64,000 nucleotides of DNA from Octopus vulgaris. Taxonomy: Eukaryota. The stretch covers positions 40,176,001-40,240,000 of the forward strand of contig OX597832.1 of the NCBI GenBank assembly GCA_951406725.2. The letters run 5' to 3'. Below are positions 40,173-54,899 of this stretch, in pieces. Position 1 is the stretch's first letter. The number at the start of each line of letters is the position of its first letter. The notes below the pieces were generated by a model. That model made no database searches. It was not told the origin of the DNA and saw only the letters and a list, made by a program, of their open reading frames with translations. A program made the translations under genes and the position numbers.

Positions 40173-41059
40173 ATATATTCTCTGTAATTATCCCTCTTCA
40201 TTTTTGAGATTGTCTTTGTTTTGGAGTCTAAATTTTTCTACACCTTATCTTAATGAGGGTTAAGTGTTAGCATGGATGGAGGGTGATGTATCTGCTACAG
40301 TTGGTTAGACCAATAGCTACCATATTTTTTTACAGTGCCAACCCCTACTTTCTCACAAGTTACCTTGACCATAATTCAGTAAAATGATGTCCCTATGGAT
40401 TAGTGAAGGGAGCCTCTACATGTTTCCTCAAAAGGGTTGTAGTTAGAGCAGTATTTGATACCTCAGCCTTGTTTGTAAAAGGAACGGTTATTACCAATGA
40501 CACAGAAGCAAGCATTTTCTGTGGTGAGTGAAGATCCAATGTAATCTGGAAAAGCAATCCAATTGTATCCAAGATGTAAGGTACTCAAAGAATTAGGTGA
40601 CTCCAATGAAATGGTTGGATGAACAGGGAAGGTCTGTGTGGTCACGCTGTAATAAAGCAAAAAGCAAATACAAAAAAATAAAAAAACGACAAAAGTGCAA
40701 GAGACCTTCATAGTCACTATTTATTATTTTGGTAATCAAGTAAGAATGGAAAGAGTAAAAGGTTTTGTATTTTGAATATGGTCCTTCAGATGCTAGAGAA
40801 AAGTTAAGAAACTTAAAAGAGAAAAAAAGGGGATAAAAAGAGAAGAGAGCCACAAAAATCCACATGGGATTGATTCACATCCCATGTGGTGACAGGTTGA
40901 ACATGTGAACTGATCCCATGTGCATTTTTGTGGTTCTCTCCTCTTTTTATCTCTGTTCTTTTCCCAGTTTCTCTTGGTCTTTTCTTTCGTATCCAAAACC
41001 ATACTTTTTCCCATTTTTCCTTCAGCATCAGATTAATAATATTAATTACGAACAACTTA

Positions 41060-42150
41060 TGTACTTTTTTTTCTTTCTGAAAATAGTAACAGCTCCTTGG
41101 GGGAATTGGGAAAATGCTTACATTTCATTACAGTGTTTTGCTGTAATAGACTAGCAGCCCAATAATCTTTTCCAAGTTCTTTTTAGAAGTAGGAATTTTA
41201 AGGTATTTAAGTGAACGCAGCCACTGAGGATTAGAAATTCAATAAGCTTAAATCCAAGAATGCAATTTTTTGCTATATAGAATTATATTCAGATAGTTAG
41301 TACATGACAGAAACACCTTTAGATTTCTGCCAAGATATCTTTCTTAGATTTACTTTATGCAATGATGTCATCTAAATACAAGTAGGTAGATTTAAGGTCA
41401 GTCAGTGAGATACTTTGACTCATCACTCAGTGAAATCATATGTCAGCATTTGTAAGGCCAAATGGGAATTTTGTGTTCTGAAACAGTTGTCCTAAAGGCT
41501 TACAAAGAAGTGCAAGGACGGTCTTTAATTGCCAGTGGCAGTTGATGGTAGACTTGTTTAATGGTAACCTTGCCAAATTATGAACAATGTGATACAGTAT
41601 GTATTAACTTAGCAATAACAGGCACTGCAAAAGTATTAAAGAAGTGTATGAGTGTTGATAGTGGTCAAGAAATCGGATGTTATTTGTGGATTAAATTTTT
41701 TTTTACTGTGTCTTGAGCTCTCCACAGTGACTTACTGAGTTCAGTAAGCCCTTCTTTGATTAATTTCATTGAAGCCCTCTACAAGTTCTTACAATCAGTT
41801 TTGCATTTGGAGTTAAATTAGTAAAGAATATATGACAACGTAAGAGGGACTTCAGAGCCATTAAATTTAATTACAACAGAAGAATTCTGTGACATGAAGC
41901 TCTCAGTAATTAATCTCAGAAGTGCATATCTACTATCAACTTCACTTATTCTCATAATTTTGGAACTAAGCTGTGTAGGTACTATCCCAATGTTACCTCT
42001 GAGTGGTTTAATGGCCAAACCAGTACCTGAGAAAAATTAATCTTTTATCTCACACATGTGATGTATAGGCATTTTGAGCTGAACATTTTTTGTGGTCATG
42101 TCTACTGTGTTGCAAGCATTTGAGCGAAGTTGCTGATTTGAGGATACTTT
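41060..42150 (-). mobile_element. Highly decayed Ty3/Gypsy gag-pol remnant
   Basis: Minus-strand pieces in the expected order: LIKEGLTELSKSLWRAQ, YHQLPL, IPFGLTNA (~41445-41468), TYLYLDDII (~41361-41387), IPTSKKNLEKIIGLLVYYSK. Many stops and frameshifts; no LTRs recognised. Confidence 0.75.
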
Positions 42151-44021
42151 TCACCTTTGTACTTGTCCTCGAGATCCAGTGAAGGGTCATAAGCACTGCC
42201 TTCCTTCCTGACTAAAAGGTATTACACACACACACACAAAATGATTTTTAAAAAGCTCTTGGACATAGTTACAGATTTAGGTTCCTGTTTAGAATCCTCT
42301 GTAATAATGGTAGTATTTACAAAAGATGACCTGATTGTAAATTCTGGCATTCATTAGGTGCAGGCATGGCTGTTTGCTTCCCGACCATGTGGTTTGGGAT
42401 TCGGTCCCACTGTGTGGCATCTTGGTCCTCTATTATAACCTCAGATCAACCAAAGCCTTGTGAGTGGATTTGGTAGACAGAAGCTGAAAGAAACCTTTGT
42501 GTGTGTGTGTTTGAATCCTTGTCTAGACATTACATAATGCTTGTAAACAAAACATCACCATCATACAAGGATATTGTTTGTTTCCAGTCCTCTATGAAAA
42601 ACATGTTTGATCACAGTGTCTATGTCTCTGGTTACGTCTCTTTAGATAACTCTTCATCCAAACACCAACATGGATAAATAATACCACTCGGCATGATTTT
42701 CCTGTTATAGATTAAATTATCTTTTTATGAATCGCCAAAAGCATAAATGCTCTCCATGTGTATGTGTATACCTGTGCTTGATTGTCCACCTGTTTATGAA
42801 TAATTTGTGTGTTTTGTGTACAGGTATTTAGAGTCCTCGGTGCAACAAGTTGCTTTCAAAGCTGCAATATTGGTTCATTAGGCAGCAGTTATTCTGTGTA
42901 ATTTTGCAATTATCAAATTCTCGTTAACTTATTTTCTGTCACTCCTTTGTCCTTTTTTTCTTCTTCGCTTATTTGGTTTTCTCATCCTATTCAGGGATGA
43001 TTAAACAAGTACCAGTAATATACTGGTATCAAAGTGATCATTTCAAATTGTTTCACAACTCCAACAGACATTCTACTGGATGTTGTTGACGTTGGTGTTA
43101 TTGTTCAGCTCCAGATCAAACTGATCAATGAAAACTATATCTTTTTTTTTTTTTCTTAGCTGCTATACCTAGAACTACTGTTCACTGTGTCCTTCCTTCT
43201 TTTAATCTGGTATGGTATGATATTATGGAAATCTGCTATTTCTAGCTGTTTGAGCAACCATGTAGCAGCCCCTCACTCGTGATTAAGGTTTCCTGGATAG
43301 TATCCTGACATAAAAACATCACTTGAGTGTTGTTCTTACTGCTGCAGTTATTGAGTCCTAGAAGTAATCCTATGATCAAACAGTCCGATCAAAGGTGTCA
43401 GTCCATAGCCACCTTGTTCTTTATTCAAGTAAACTGTATCTACGACTACATTATCTTGCTATGGTGTTATTGCTTAGCTCCAGGTCATTCTCTTGTTTCA
43501 GCCAGCACATAACATTTCAAAAGAGTCCAAGCTGTTGTTCAATCATATTGTATCTAAGACTGCATTATAGTAATATGTCCATTTTTTTAAGACAGTAAGG
43601 TGTAAGAGAGATGGAACTGCTATTTCTAGCAGAACAAGCAGCCATTAGCTTGACCAGTTGAGAGTTTGTCTCTAAGATTTCGAAAAGAAAACCAACTTTC
43701 AGTTGAACCAAACTTGGACAGAAGATAATTTTTTTAAGGGTGGAGGTTGTTTTTGTTTTTATTGAGATGTCTAAAATGAAAATCCTCATGTTTTTTTTTT
43801 CATTCTTGTGCTGTGTTTGACAATAAATGTTGAAGTTATAGCTTTTTTTTTTAGTGTGGAATATTTCATGAATAGAGAAGATTAAATGTTGACTAAAAGC
43901 CACCAGATTGAAACCAGAGAAGTTTTTTGCATACCAAACAGTATTTTAATAATGAGATCGGGGGTGGGTATTTAACAAAAATTGACATACTTATGAGAGT
44001 TCATATTGTGAAAAAAGTTGG

Positions 44022-44106
<85 letters not shown>

Positions 44107-44388
44107 ACACACACACACACACACACACAAAAGCTCTATTTCTGTGAAGAAACCAAACAAAGCATGTATGCATAGATAATAACACATGTATACAAATACA
44201 TAAATGTCTATCTAAGTCAATATTGAACTGTCTGTGAGATGATAAAATTACAAATATCTGACGCAATGGTCCAGGGGTTAGGGTAGCGGGCTCGCAGTCG
44301 TAGGATCGCAGTTTCAATTCCCATACCGGGCGTTGTGAGTGTTTATTGAGCAAAAACACCTAAAGCTCCATGAAGGTTATTATATTAT

Positions 44389-44795
44389 AGGCATAGGAGT
44401 GGCTGTGTGTTAAGTAGCTTGCTTCCCAACCACATGGTTCTGCATTCAGTCCCACTGCATGGCACCTTGGGCAAGTGTCTTCTACTATAACCTTGGGCTG
44501 ACCAAGGCCTTGAGAGTGGATTTGGTAGACGGAAACTGGAAGAAGCCTGTCGTGTGTGTGTGTATGTATATATATATATATATGTGTTTGTGTGTCTGTG
44601 TTTGTCCCCCCAACATCGCTTGACAATCGATGCTGGTGTGTTTACGTCCCCATAACTTAGCAGTTCAGCTAAAGTGACCAATAGAATAAGTAGTAGGCTT
44701 ACAAAGAATAAGTCCTGGGTTGATTTACTTGACTGAAGGCGATGCTCCAGCATGTCCACAGTCAAATGACTGAAACAAGTAAAAGAGTAAAGAGT
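44389..44795 (+). mobile_element. SINE family A, full length, abutting a family C head
   Basis: Same head, body and tail as 45121. Confidence 0.9.
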
Positions 44796-45120
44796 AATTA
44801 ACCTCATAATTAGTGTTAGTCTCCAAAAAAGCCCATAAAAATACTGCATCTAACAAATTTGTGCTTATTTTATAGAATGTTTTAAAAATTTACCTACAAT
44901 GGAAAATAATAAAACTTTCTCGACTGTAATGTTTATACAAATTTATTTTGTTCACCAACAGGATATTGTTACTGCGAGTCAAATTGTGTGCAAATAGTTA
45001 GGGTAAAAATTTACACTTTTAGCTCTTCCTGGGGTGTTCAATCTGGACCGTTTCACTTTATGTAGTAAGCTTCCAGCCTTCATTTTGATACAGGGACTTG
45101 GCTCTTAAGAATTGAAGACC

Positions 45121-45292
45121 AGGCGCAGGAGTGGCTGTGTGGTAAGTAGCTTGCTAACCAACCACATGGTTCCGGGTTCAGTCCCACTGCGTGGCATCTT
45201 GGGCAAGTGTCTTTTGCTATAGCCCCGGGCCGACCAAAGCCTTGTGAGTGGATTTGGTAGACGGAAACTGAAAGAAGCCTGTCGTATATATA

Positions 45293-45351
<59 letters not shown>

Positions 45352-45556
45352 GTGTTTGTGTGTCTGTGTTTGTCCCCCTAGCATTGCTTGACAACCGATG
45401 CTGGTGTGTTTACGTCCCCATCACTTAGCGGTTCGGCAAAAGAGACCGATAGAATAAGTACTGGGCTTACAAAGAATAAGTACCAGGGTCGATTTGCTCG
45501 ATTAAAGGCGGTGCTCCAGCATGGCCGCAGTCAAATGACTGAAACAAGTAAAAGAG
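45121..45556 (+). mobile_element. SINE family A (tRNA head, CORE-like CTTGGGCAAG, internal (TA)/(TG) tract, CR1-like tail), reference copy
   Basis: A box TGGCTGTGTGG, B box GGTTCAGTCCC, tail GGCGGTGCTCCAGCATGGCCGCAGTCAAATGACTGAAACAAGTAAAAGAG. More than 20 full or partial copies in the window. Confidence 0.9.
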
Positions 45557-46191
45557 ATTTGAGGCATCTCATTGGTCAATAATCATGACTTATATTTTGG
45601 AAGAAGATTTGAAACTGACCTTAGGCTGCCATGCTTTTCAAAACTCAACCTAAAGTCACCAGGTCTAAAAATTTCTCACTCCTTTTCAGTAAAATAATAA
45701 AAGCAATCAGGTGATCAGTCTTGTTACTTAAGGATAAACAATACAATTGTTGCTTATTCAAATAACTGTAGGAAAAAAACTCAATGTGTTAGAAGAAAAC
45801 TGGCTGCAGTTTTGAAATCAGCCAATTTTAGTCTAAATCAAATAGAAAATTGAACTCAACAGAAATTATGTTCAAAATTGTTCCCCATTGTTTTTAACCC
45901 CTTTGCCACTGTTGCCTGAAAGTTTTGAGTTTAACCTTTTTGTTACCAACCCAGCTGAAACCAGCTCTGGCTCTGTAGTACAAATGTCTTGTTTTCATAG
46001 GTTTTGAATTAAAATCTTCCACCAAACCTTAGTCATAATTTATGTTCCTAACACCAGCTGAATGATAACTAAGTTATTTTACTAAATTCTTTGTTATATT
46101 TAAAGTAATTGAAAGAAACACAGAGCATCTACAAATAAATACAGTAACGAAAGGGTTAAAGCTAGTATGGAGGATCTGAAACATAGTGTAG

Positions 46192-46677
46192 ACGTTAGTG
46201 TTGTAAATATAGACTCAAAGAGGAAACCATGCTAATGTTAAGAATTGTAGCTATAAACACTGGAGATAAGGCTAATAGTCTGGGAAATTATATTTTCAAT
46301 TTCTTTTACACTTTCATCCGGATATTAATAAGATTAATTGAACAAATTGAAACAAAGTGTTTTGGCAGGGCATTACGTTTCTCTCTTAACTCTGTGAATT
46401 TTTATGGAAGAGCAAAATGGAAAGAAAAAAAGGCAAAAAACATTTCAGCATCTTGTACAGAATGTCAAAAAGAAGGAAAAAAATTTATAACTTAATAAAA
46501 TTACAAGAGATAATTTGATATAATGTAAATAGTTGAAACCTAATTTAGTAGCATTAACATGCTTTGAACTACCTGTTGAAAAGAAGGGGATGCCAGGAAG
46601 TAACAATAGTAAAGTTACATTATTAATTAACATTAGCAGGGTTTCCTCTTTGAGTCTATATTTACAATACTAACGTG
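46192..46677. mobile_element. MITE-like element with ~50-bp TIRs
   Basis: ACGTTAGTGTTGTAAATATAGACTCAAAGAGGAAACCATGCTAATGTTAA vs TTAACATTAGCAGGGTTTCCTCTTTGAGTCTATATTTACAATACTAACGT (2 mismatches); no clear TSD. Confidence 0.7.
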
Positions 46678-46810
46678 ACTAAAAGAAGCATGTCACATAT
46701 AAATATATATATATTTTTTAAATTTAATTTAATTTTATTTTATCTAGTTTCAGCTCACGGGCTGTGGCCATGCTGGGGCACCGCCATATATATATATATA
46801 TATATATATA

Positions 46811-46852
46811 TACTAGCAGAGATACCTGGTGTTGCTCAAGATTAAAATGGTA
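46811..46852 (-). mobile_element. Helitron-like 3' terminus fragment in (TA)n
   Basis: Minus strand ...TCTTGAGCAACACCAGGTATCTCTG-CTAG-T: a decayed subterminal hairpin followed by CTAG. Confidence 0.4.
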
Positions 46853-48347
46853 TATCTTATATATATATGTGTGTGTGTATATATATATATATATCGAGAG
46901 AAAGAGAGGAGTTGTATATATATATATATATATATATAGATATATAGAGATAGATAGATATATACATATATAGATATATATGGATATATATATAGACAGA
47001 TATATATAGATATATATGGATATAAATAGATATATAGATAAATACATCAATATAGATATAAATAATATCAGGACATCACCAACATTAAACAATATAAAAT
47101 ACGGAGACAAATGAGTTCAATATCCAAACAACGAGAGAAACAAATGGAAAACAGGACAAGTAACATAAAGAACGACCCTTCATCAGTTGTTGGCTGTCTA
47201 AATACTCCTCATTTCGAGCATTGGACAACATAGGTGTGTGCATGCTTGTGTGTGTATATATATATAGAGAGATGTATATAGATATATTTTTATATCTATA
47301 TATATACACTCATCTACAATTGTGTGTCTTTGTGTCTGTGATTGCCCCCCACCACCATTTGACAACTGGTGTTGGTGTGTTTACATCCCTGTGACTTAGT
47401 GGTTCAGCGAAAGAGACCAATAGAATAAGTACCAGGCTTTAAGAAAATGTACTGGTTTTGGTTCCTTTGGCAGCAGTGCCCCTGCATGGCCACAGTCTAA
47501 TGTCTGAAACAAGTAAAAGATAAAAGATGCTACCACCAGAAGTGGAAAGCTCTTCTGGTGTGAGTGGCACTAGAACCTAAAATTACCAAACAGCTACTTA
47601 CAAAGGTTTTGAGTACAGGTCTGTAAATGGACAGCAAATGTATACAGTGAGAAATAACACGCATATTTGGACAGTTATTCATGCATTGACAATTAACAAG
47701 TTTCAATATACGACATTAATAAAAATGAGGTTTACATAACTGTGTTTATAGGAAAGATATTGCGCATATGTTTTATTTGTACAAGTCAACTCTGTAATTC
47801 ATGTGATGCGTAAATAGTTCTGTTATTGACATATGTGACCAGGCAGAAAGAGATTATGACATTTACCGTTCTGTTCTGCTAAAATATGTCTTGTACTAAG
47901 ACCAACTGCCCAAAATGTGTTCTGTGGAGGCCTGACCAAAGACAGAATAACTGTGAGCCTCTGTTTATGTAACCAAAATTTCTGACATATTACAAGTCTC
48001 TAATTCATTTGGAAAACTGGGGAAATATTGTGAATTCCTAAAATGTCACCTGCTGTGTCAGGAATTGCTATGTACCCAATAAACTGGTTTACATGACAGA
48101 TGGCCTTAGTTACACTGATTAACCCTTTTGTTACCATATTTCTGTTGAGATACTCTGTGTTTCTTTCAATTAATTTTAAATATAACAAAGAATTAGTAAA
48201 ATAATTTAGTTTATCATTAAGCTAGTGTTAGGGATATAAATTGTGACTAAGGTTTTGTGGAAGATTTTAATCCAAAACCTATGAAAACAAGACATTTGTA
48301 CTACAGAGCCAGAGGCGGTTTCAGGCGGGTTGGTATCGAAAGGGTTA

Positions 48348-48563
48348 TGTTTGAGTGTCTGTGTTTGTCCCCGCTAGCATTGCTTGACAACTGATGCTGG
48401 TGTGTTTACGTCCCCCGTCGCTTAGCAGTTCGGCAAAAAGAGACCGATAGAATAAGTACTGGGCTTACAAAGAATAAGTCCTGGGGTCGATTTCCTCGAC
48501 TAAAGGCGGTGCTCCAGCATGGCCGCAGTCAAATGACTGAAACAGGTAAAAGAGTAAAGAGTA
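48348..48563 (+). mobile_element. SINE A 3' half (other partials at ~7075-7280, 20210-20345, 24470-24635, 27075-27465, 28440-28600, 30320-30378, 34345-34632, 42357-42600, 47320-47528, 58940-59575, 63745-63842)
   Basis: Matches to the family A body or tail. Confidence 0.75.
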
Positions 48564-49793
48564 ATATTTTGTTTCATTTTATTTCTTTTACTCCCTAAAT
48601 TCTACATCTTATTAGTAAAAACTGGAGAATTGTTTCAAACCACCATTGATTGCTATTTTTTTTTTTTTGACATAAACCAGTCATTGTGGTGGATAAGAAC
48701 CAGTTGAAAGGAAAAATATTTTTTTAAATCATAAAAGACTTTCTATTTTCATTTTCTTTTCTTTTTCCTTCAATAAATTTTCCTGACTGAACAAATAATT
48801 AAAATTCCTCTAATTACTCTCCAGGTTCTCAAACATTTTCTTACTCATCAAACTTGACGGTCCTTTTTTTTTCTTTTCTTTTATGGGTTTTTGTTGATTA
48901 CTTCTGTTTGGATTGTCGTCATCGTCATCATCATTATTGGCATTATCATCTTTATTCGGCTTAGTGAGACAGCTACTGCACCTCATTCAACTGGATTGTG
49001 GGTTCAAGTCTAGCCATATGAACTTTTCTTTGATATGGAAATGAGGTACAGTGACAAATAATAACACCTCTCAAGGCAAAAGATATATGTGTCCATAACA
49101 AAGACTTTCAGAGATGATGTATTCTAAGATTGCATGTCCAGTTCTCCCTATTTGGACTTTTCTAAAGTATCAAATATTTCAAACAAAATACAGGTTCAAT
49201 AGAAATTATATATTTCTTGTTTCTCTGTAAACTTCTCACCGTCATTGGAATTTCCACAAGTAGTGCTAATTAATTATATTATTTGATTAGTTGTATGGGA
49301 AGAATATTAGAGGACTAGAAAAATGCATTACAGTATTTCTTTTGGTATTTTACATTCTGAGCTCAAAACCCACCAAAATCAACTTCACCTTTCATCTCAC
49401 AAGGGTCAATAAAATAAAGTACCAATAAAGTGATGGAGTGTCAATGTAATTGATAAGCATGCATGGATATATACATACATACATACATACATGCATACAT
49501 ACATATATACATATATATACATGCATACATGCATATATAGATGCATACATGCATATATACATACATACATGCATGCATACATACATGCATACATGCATAC
49601 ATACACACAGACACACACACACACACACTACATATGTAGTCTTTAACCAACCTAGTGTTTTGAAAGCTTATAAATCCACATTCTTGGTATGTATATAAGT
49701 GTATATATGTATGTGTGTCTGTATAGATGTATGTATATGCACATGTTTGTGGATGTATATATAGAGACAGACAGACAGACATGTAAACATGTT

Positions 49794-49830
<37 letters not shown>

Positions 49831-50153
49831 CAGCAGCAGCAGCAACTTTTTGCCTACCATGCAAAGTGAAAGAATCACTTGATATTTGTTTGTGGGAGTA
49901 AATTTGTTTGCTAGAACAGATATATATATATATACGTAGTATGTCTCTTGTGGATTCCATTTATATAATGGAATGTGTGGAATAATGCTTAAAAATGTTT
50001 TCTTTTCACTTGCTCTGCTGTATAAGTCTACAGAAGCATCCAGGGCTGGTTACGTGAAGGTGTTGCAGATTCATACAAACATATATGAATGACTGTACGT
50101 AGATGTGTAGCTAGAGTTTATAACCTCCCAAAGGATTTTAGTTCATCTGATTT

Positions 50154-50925
50154 ATACTCTTTTACTTGTTTCAGTCATTTGACTGCGGCCATGCTGGAGC
50201 ACCGCCTTTAGTCGAGCAACTCGACCTCTGGACTTATTCTTTGTAAGCCCAGTACTTATTCTATCGGTCTCTTTTTGAACCGCTAAGTGACAAGGACGTA
50301 AACACACCACCATTGGTTGTCAAGCAATGCTAGGGGGACAAACACACACATACATATATACGACAGGCTTCTTTCAGTTTCCGTCTACCAAATCCACTCA
50401 CAAGGCATTGGTCGGCCCGGGGCTATAGCAGAAGACACTTGCCCAAGGTGCCACGCAGTGGGACTGAACCCGGAACCATGTGGTTGGTTAGCAAGCTACT
50501 TACCAATATCTTATCACTGATTCTTTGGTTAAAATTTGTAAGTTTTATTGTTTACTTGTTTCGGTCAGTGGATTGTGGCCATGCTGGGGCACTGCCTCAA
50601 AGGGTTTAATTGAAAAATAAACCAACCCCAGCACTTATCTTTAAGTCTTTCAATTATTCTGTTGGTTTCTTTTGCCAAACTTTGTAGAAATGAAACAAAC
50701 TCACATTGGTCGTTAAGTGGTGGTTGGGTAACAAACCACCAAGACACACACATGCATAACTGCAGACGCACACAATGGGCTTCCACACAGTTTCCATTTA
50801 CCAAATTCACTCAAAAGCCATTTGTTGGCCCAGGGCTATAGTAGAAGACATTTTCCCAAAGTACCACACAGTGAGACTGAACCCAAAATCACACGGTTGC
50901 AAAGTAAGCTACTTAACCACTCAGT
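50154..50925 (-). mobile_element. Two SINE A copies (~50154-50505 young, ~50550-50925 old)
   Basis: Reverse complement of the family A sequence. Confidence 0.85.
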
Positions 50926-51216
50926 CATATTTACTTTTGCTGTGAATTATGACTTTCTCCTTTTTTTTAGTAAAAACTCACATTTGAGAGAGTAGAATGT
51001 GATTTCTTTCTCATTCATTCACAAAAATGTGGTGACTGCATTGAAATATGGCTTCATTTGTAAATTCGAGATAAAGGAGTTGTGATTGTACTTAAAAATA
51101 TTTGGAAATGATATCTTTACACCAGCCATATTTAACTTAAATAACTTGTAGCACACCTGAGATAATGTATGTCAACAAGTGACAGGGTACTAATATGCCT
51201 GCTCTATGCTGGCATT

Positions 51217-51610
51217 ATATCATCATCATCATCATATGTCTGTTTCCCATGCTGGCATGGATTGAACGGGTTGACGAGAGCTGGCAAGCAGAAGAATGTA
51301 CCAGGTTCCAGTCTGGTTTGACCTGGTTTCTACGACTGGATGCCCTTCCTGATGCCAACCACTTTACAGAGTGCACTGGGTGCTTTTACATGATGCTGGC
51401 AGGGGTGCTTTTTGTGTGGCACCAGCACAGGACTCATGCAGGTCAATCCTCTTCAGCAAAGGAGAGCAGCATTAACAGCTCTGCTGTGGAAGATGAGTAT
51501 TCTTGAGGTTTGCAAAGCGCCAAATATCTTGGACTTTTGTCATCTCCATAAGGTTCAGTATCCTGAGATTGTCCTTCCGTACTTCCATCCCATGTCTTCC
51601 TAGGTCTCCG
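51217..51610 (-). mobile_element. Old RTE 3' end linking the ORF C-terminus to the family D tail
   Basis: TCCCATGTCTTCCTAGGTCT (RPRKTWD on the minus strand; cf. ~10430-10449) is contiguous with a decayed family D tail and (CAT)n. Confidence 0.65.
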
Positions 51611-52391
51611 TGAATTGGTGCCATGGAGTATTTTGTTATCATTCTAATTTATATCCCACATGATGGCACTTTATTCTGGTCTTCTGCTGCCATCATGTTT
51701 AAGTCCCTCATGATGGCATCATGTTGTGTCCTCCGGCTATCATTGCATCCTGCATTATGGCACATGTAATTCCACTGAGCTACCACAATATCCCACATGT
51801 TTCCACCATGTGGAGCCCTGCCATCACTGTACCCTACATCATGACCCCATATAGTTAGTGTCTCATAGCTACCATTCCGCAGACCAAGTCTCTTACTTAA
51901 ATTTGAGTTTCAATTGCAGCTATTGAACTTCACATTGACTCTAAGTGCTTTTGGGAAAGCCATGAACATCACACAGTCTCATTTCTCTTAAATGCTGTGC
52001 CCTATCAAATCGATTGTGGTTATAGTTGTTCATATACACTGTGTTATAACATTATTATATGCACTCTTTCATAAAAACACGTATATACGCACACTCACAC
52101 AGTTACACTTCCCATCACCCTTCCCCCCTTCTCTCTTTTTCACACTCAGAGAGTTATGTATGTACACAAGCTACTCCAAACATTAACTGAATAAGCCTAG
52201 CACACATATATACACATGTAGAGTACATATTGGCATGTATATAATTTTATTTATGCATGTATAAAATAGTTTATAAGATTGAATCATTCATTTCATATAT
52301 CAAATTAACATCACCACCACCACCCACTCCTACCTTCATCGTTATTGCCTCTCCCCATTCTCTCTCTCTCCTCTCCCCCTCTCCCTCCCCC

Positions 52392-52435
<44 letters not shown>

Positions 52436-53108
52436 ACTTCACTTCACTCCTATATATCTTCTAGATCTTCCTACTTTCTTAACTTCACTGAACACCTTGA
52501 TTGAAATGTAGTGGTCTATGAAATTTCGAAACTCATCCTTCTGTACCTCCCCCACCTGCATTACTCTCTTCTCCTGTGCATGCTGTAGATGCTTATATAT
52601 ATATATATATATATACATAGAGCACTACACTTTGTGTGGACATAAACTACCTGTACACACACACTATCATCACAACGATGATGATGATGATTCATTATGC
52701 TGATACACACATACCATACACCTATATCACACTTCACATATACATGTACACCAAATACACACACATGCCACACCATTTACATACATTCATACATGTGCAT
52801 CTATCGCTGCACCACCCTCTATGCTGCTGCCATCCACCATCCTTGTGCTGCATCAGTTTACTGTACAATAACTGCCTCATCAGCAGCCGGTCCCTAACTT
52901 GTTGCTATCTCCCTCTGCCATCACTCTTTTGATATCGATTATTCCATCTCCTGCTCTACTGGACCCTATTTGTCCTGTTCTCAAGAAATCCCTATTTCAA
53001 ATATATACTGTATGGCTGTGTAAGAGAGGGAGAGAGAGAGAGAGAGAGACTTTTGTGTGCCTACAGGTGTCAAAAGATTTCTTTGTCTATGATAGGTTGT
53101 GTGTGAGG

Positions 53109-53140
<32 letters not shown>

Positions 53141-54866
53141 TAGACAGATAGATAGATTGGTTGATAGATAGATAGATAGAGAGAGAGAGAGATGAATCTG
53201 AGAAAGATAAAGATGGTACTTGTAACTTGCCAATTGTACAACTTTCTTCTCTCTCTTGACCCTTTAGCATTTAAACTGGCCAGATCCAGCATCTCTCACC
53301 TGTCCTACAAGGTCATTCTAAAAATATACACAATCACATCACTGAAATCTCAAAGCTACAAGATAATAATACCTGATTAATTCGAAATAATGTGAATAAA
53401 TAGGTATTACATTCAACAGAGTAATCTAAATGCTAAACAGCCAGGTGCCTCACTACTCTTGTTTCATATTCAATAAAAACCACACACACACACTATACAC
53501 TTCCTCTGATCTTGCAAAATGTATACACACATAAATGCATGCATGTATACCATCTTCTTGCATACACTACAAAGAGGTAGGCCAAGCAACCATAAGTCAC
53601 ACAGCTATAAGGGATGCCACACACAAGCTCCCTATTTTCATGCCAAACTTCTATAATGTAATTGCGATTAGTAAAGGCATTCTGGCCACATATGCATCAT
53701 GTCACATTCTAATAAACAGGATGAAGCTTCTCATCACCATCCTCTGACTTCTACTGAGGTTGTGTCACACTCAAATCACTCTTTGATGTTGTAGTATAGA
53801 CAGAATGAGACATCTCTCTCTCCCTACTATCTCAGGCTGTTACTGATGTTGTGTTACACTTATCATCATCATCATCGTTTAGCGTCCGCTTTCCATGCTG
53901 GCATGGGTTGGATGGTTCAACCTGGGTCTGGGAAGCCAGGCGGCTGCACCAGGCTCCAGTCTGATCTGGCAGTGTTTCTACACCTGGATGCTCTTCCTAA
54001 CGCCAACCACTCCGTGAGTGTAGTGGGTGCTTTTTATGTGCCACCTGCACAGGTGCCAGACAGAGCTGGCAGACGGCCACGGACGGATGGTGCTTTTTAT
54101 GTGCCACCGGCACGGAAGCCAGTCGAGGTGGTGCTGGCAACGGTCATGATCGGATGGTGCTTTTTATGTGCCACCGGCACTGGTATCACAACTACAATTT
54201 CCATTGATTTTTTTTGATCGATTTCAATAGATATTGGCTTTGTGTAAACTTTGATAGCCACTGGGGTGTAATAGATGTTAAAATAAAGATGGTGGTGGTG
54301 GTAGTGGAGGCTCTTGTGATACCATGATAGAGTGATAAGGATTGTTTTGCTGATGATACTAAAAATATAACATTTAGGAACTTAGCCTGTTTTTGTTCTA
54401 CTAAACTGCAATACAGAAAAGATGGCATTGCCATCCTCCTCCTCCTCCTCCTGTCTCTTATCAGTTTCTGTTTATTTTGTCCAATAATTTGATTTACCAT
54501 ATACAGCGACACTATCATCCAAGGACAGGCAAAGATGAGAGGTTTGTCTCATTACAGATTGTACATGTTTCACATGTATCGTGTTGATGATTGACATAAG
54601 TATTTCTATGACAGTGCCACACACAGATATCTAGTGAAGAGGAGTGTCATCAGTAGAACTACTCCCGCCTTCCCCCATCACACACACACACAGACACACA
54701 CACACACACACACAAGCACTATGTTACTTGTCTGGTGTATTATTGACCCCTTGCAAAGATGAAACTGGTTGAACCTATCAGAAATTGAACAGAAAATATA
54801 GAGGGACAAACTGATGTAATGTACGAGATTTAGCATTGATTCCTCACTAACACAGTAGCAATAATG

Positions 54867-54894
<28 letters not shown>

Positions 54895-54899
<5 letters not shown>

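Noticed and set aside
47125-47225. GAAA...CUGAUGA on the minus strand (also CUGAGGA ~8995 and CUGAAGA ~10200) as possible type-II hammerheads
   Set aside because: Could not build convincing stems I and III by eye; kept only as TA-embedded element fragments.
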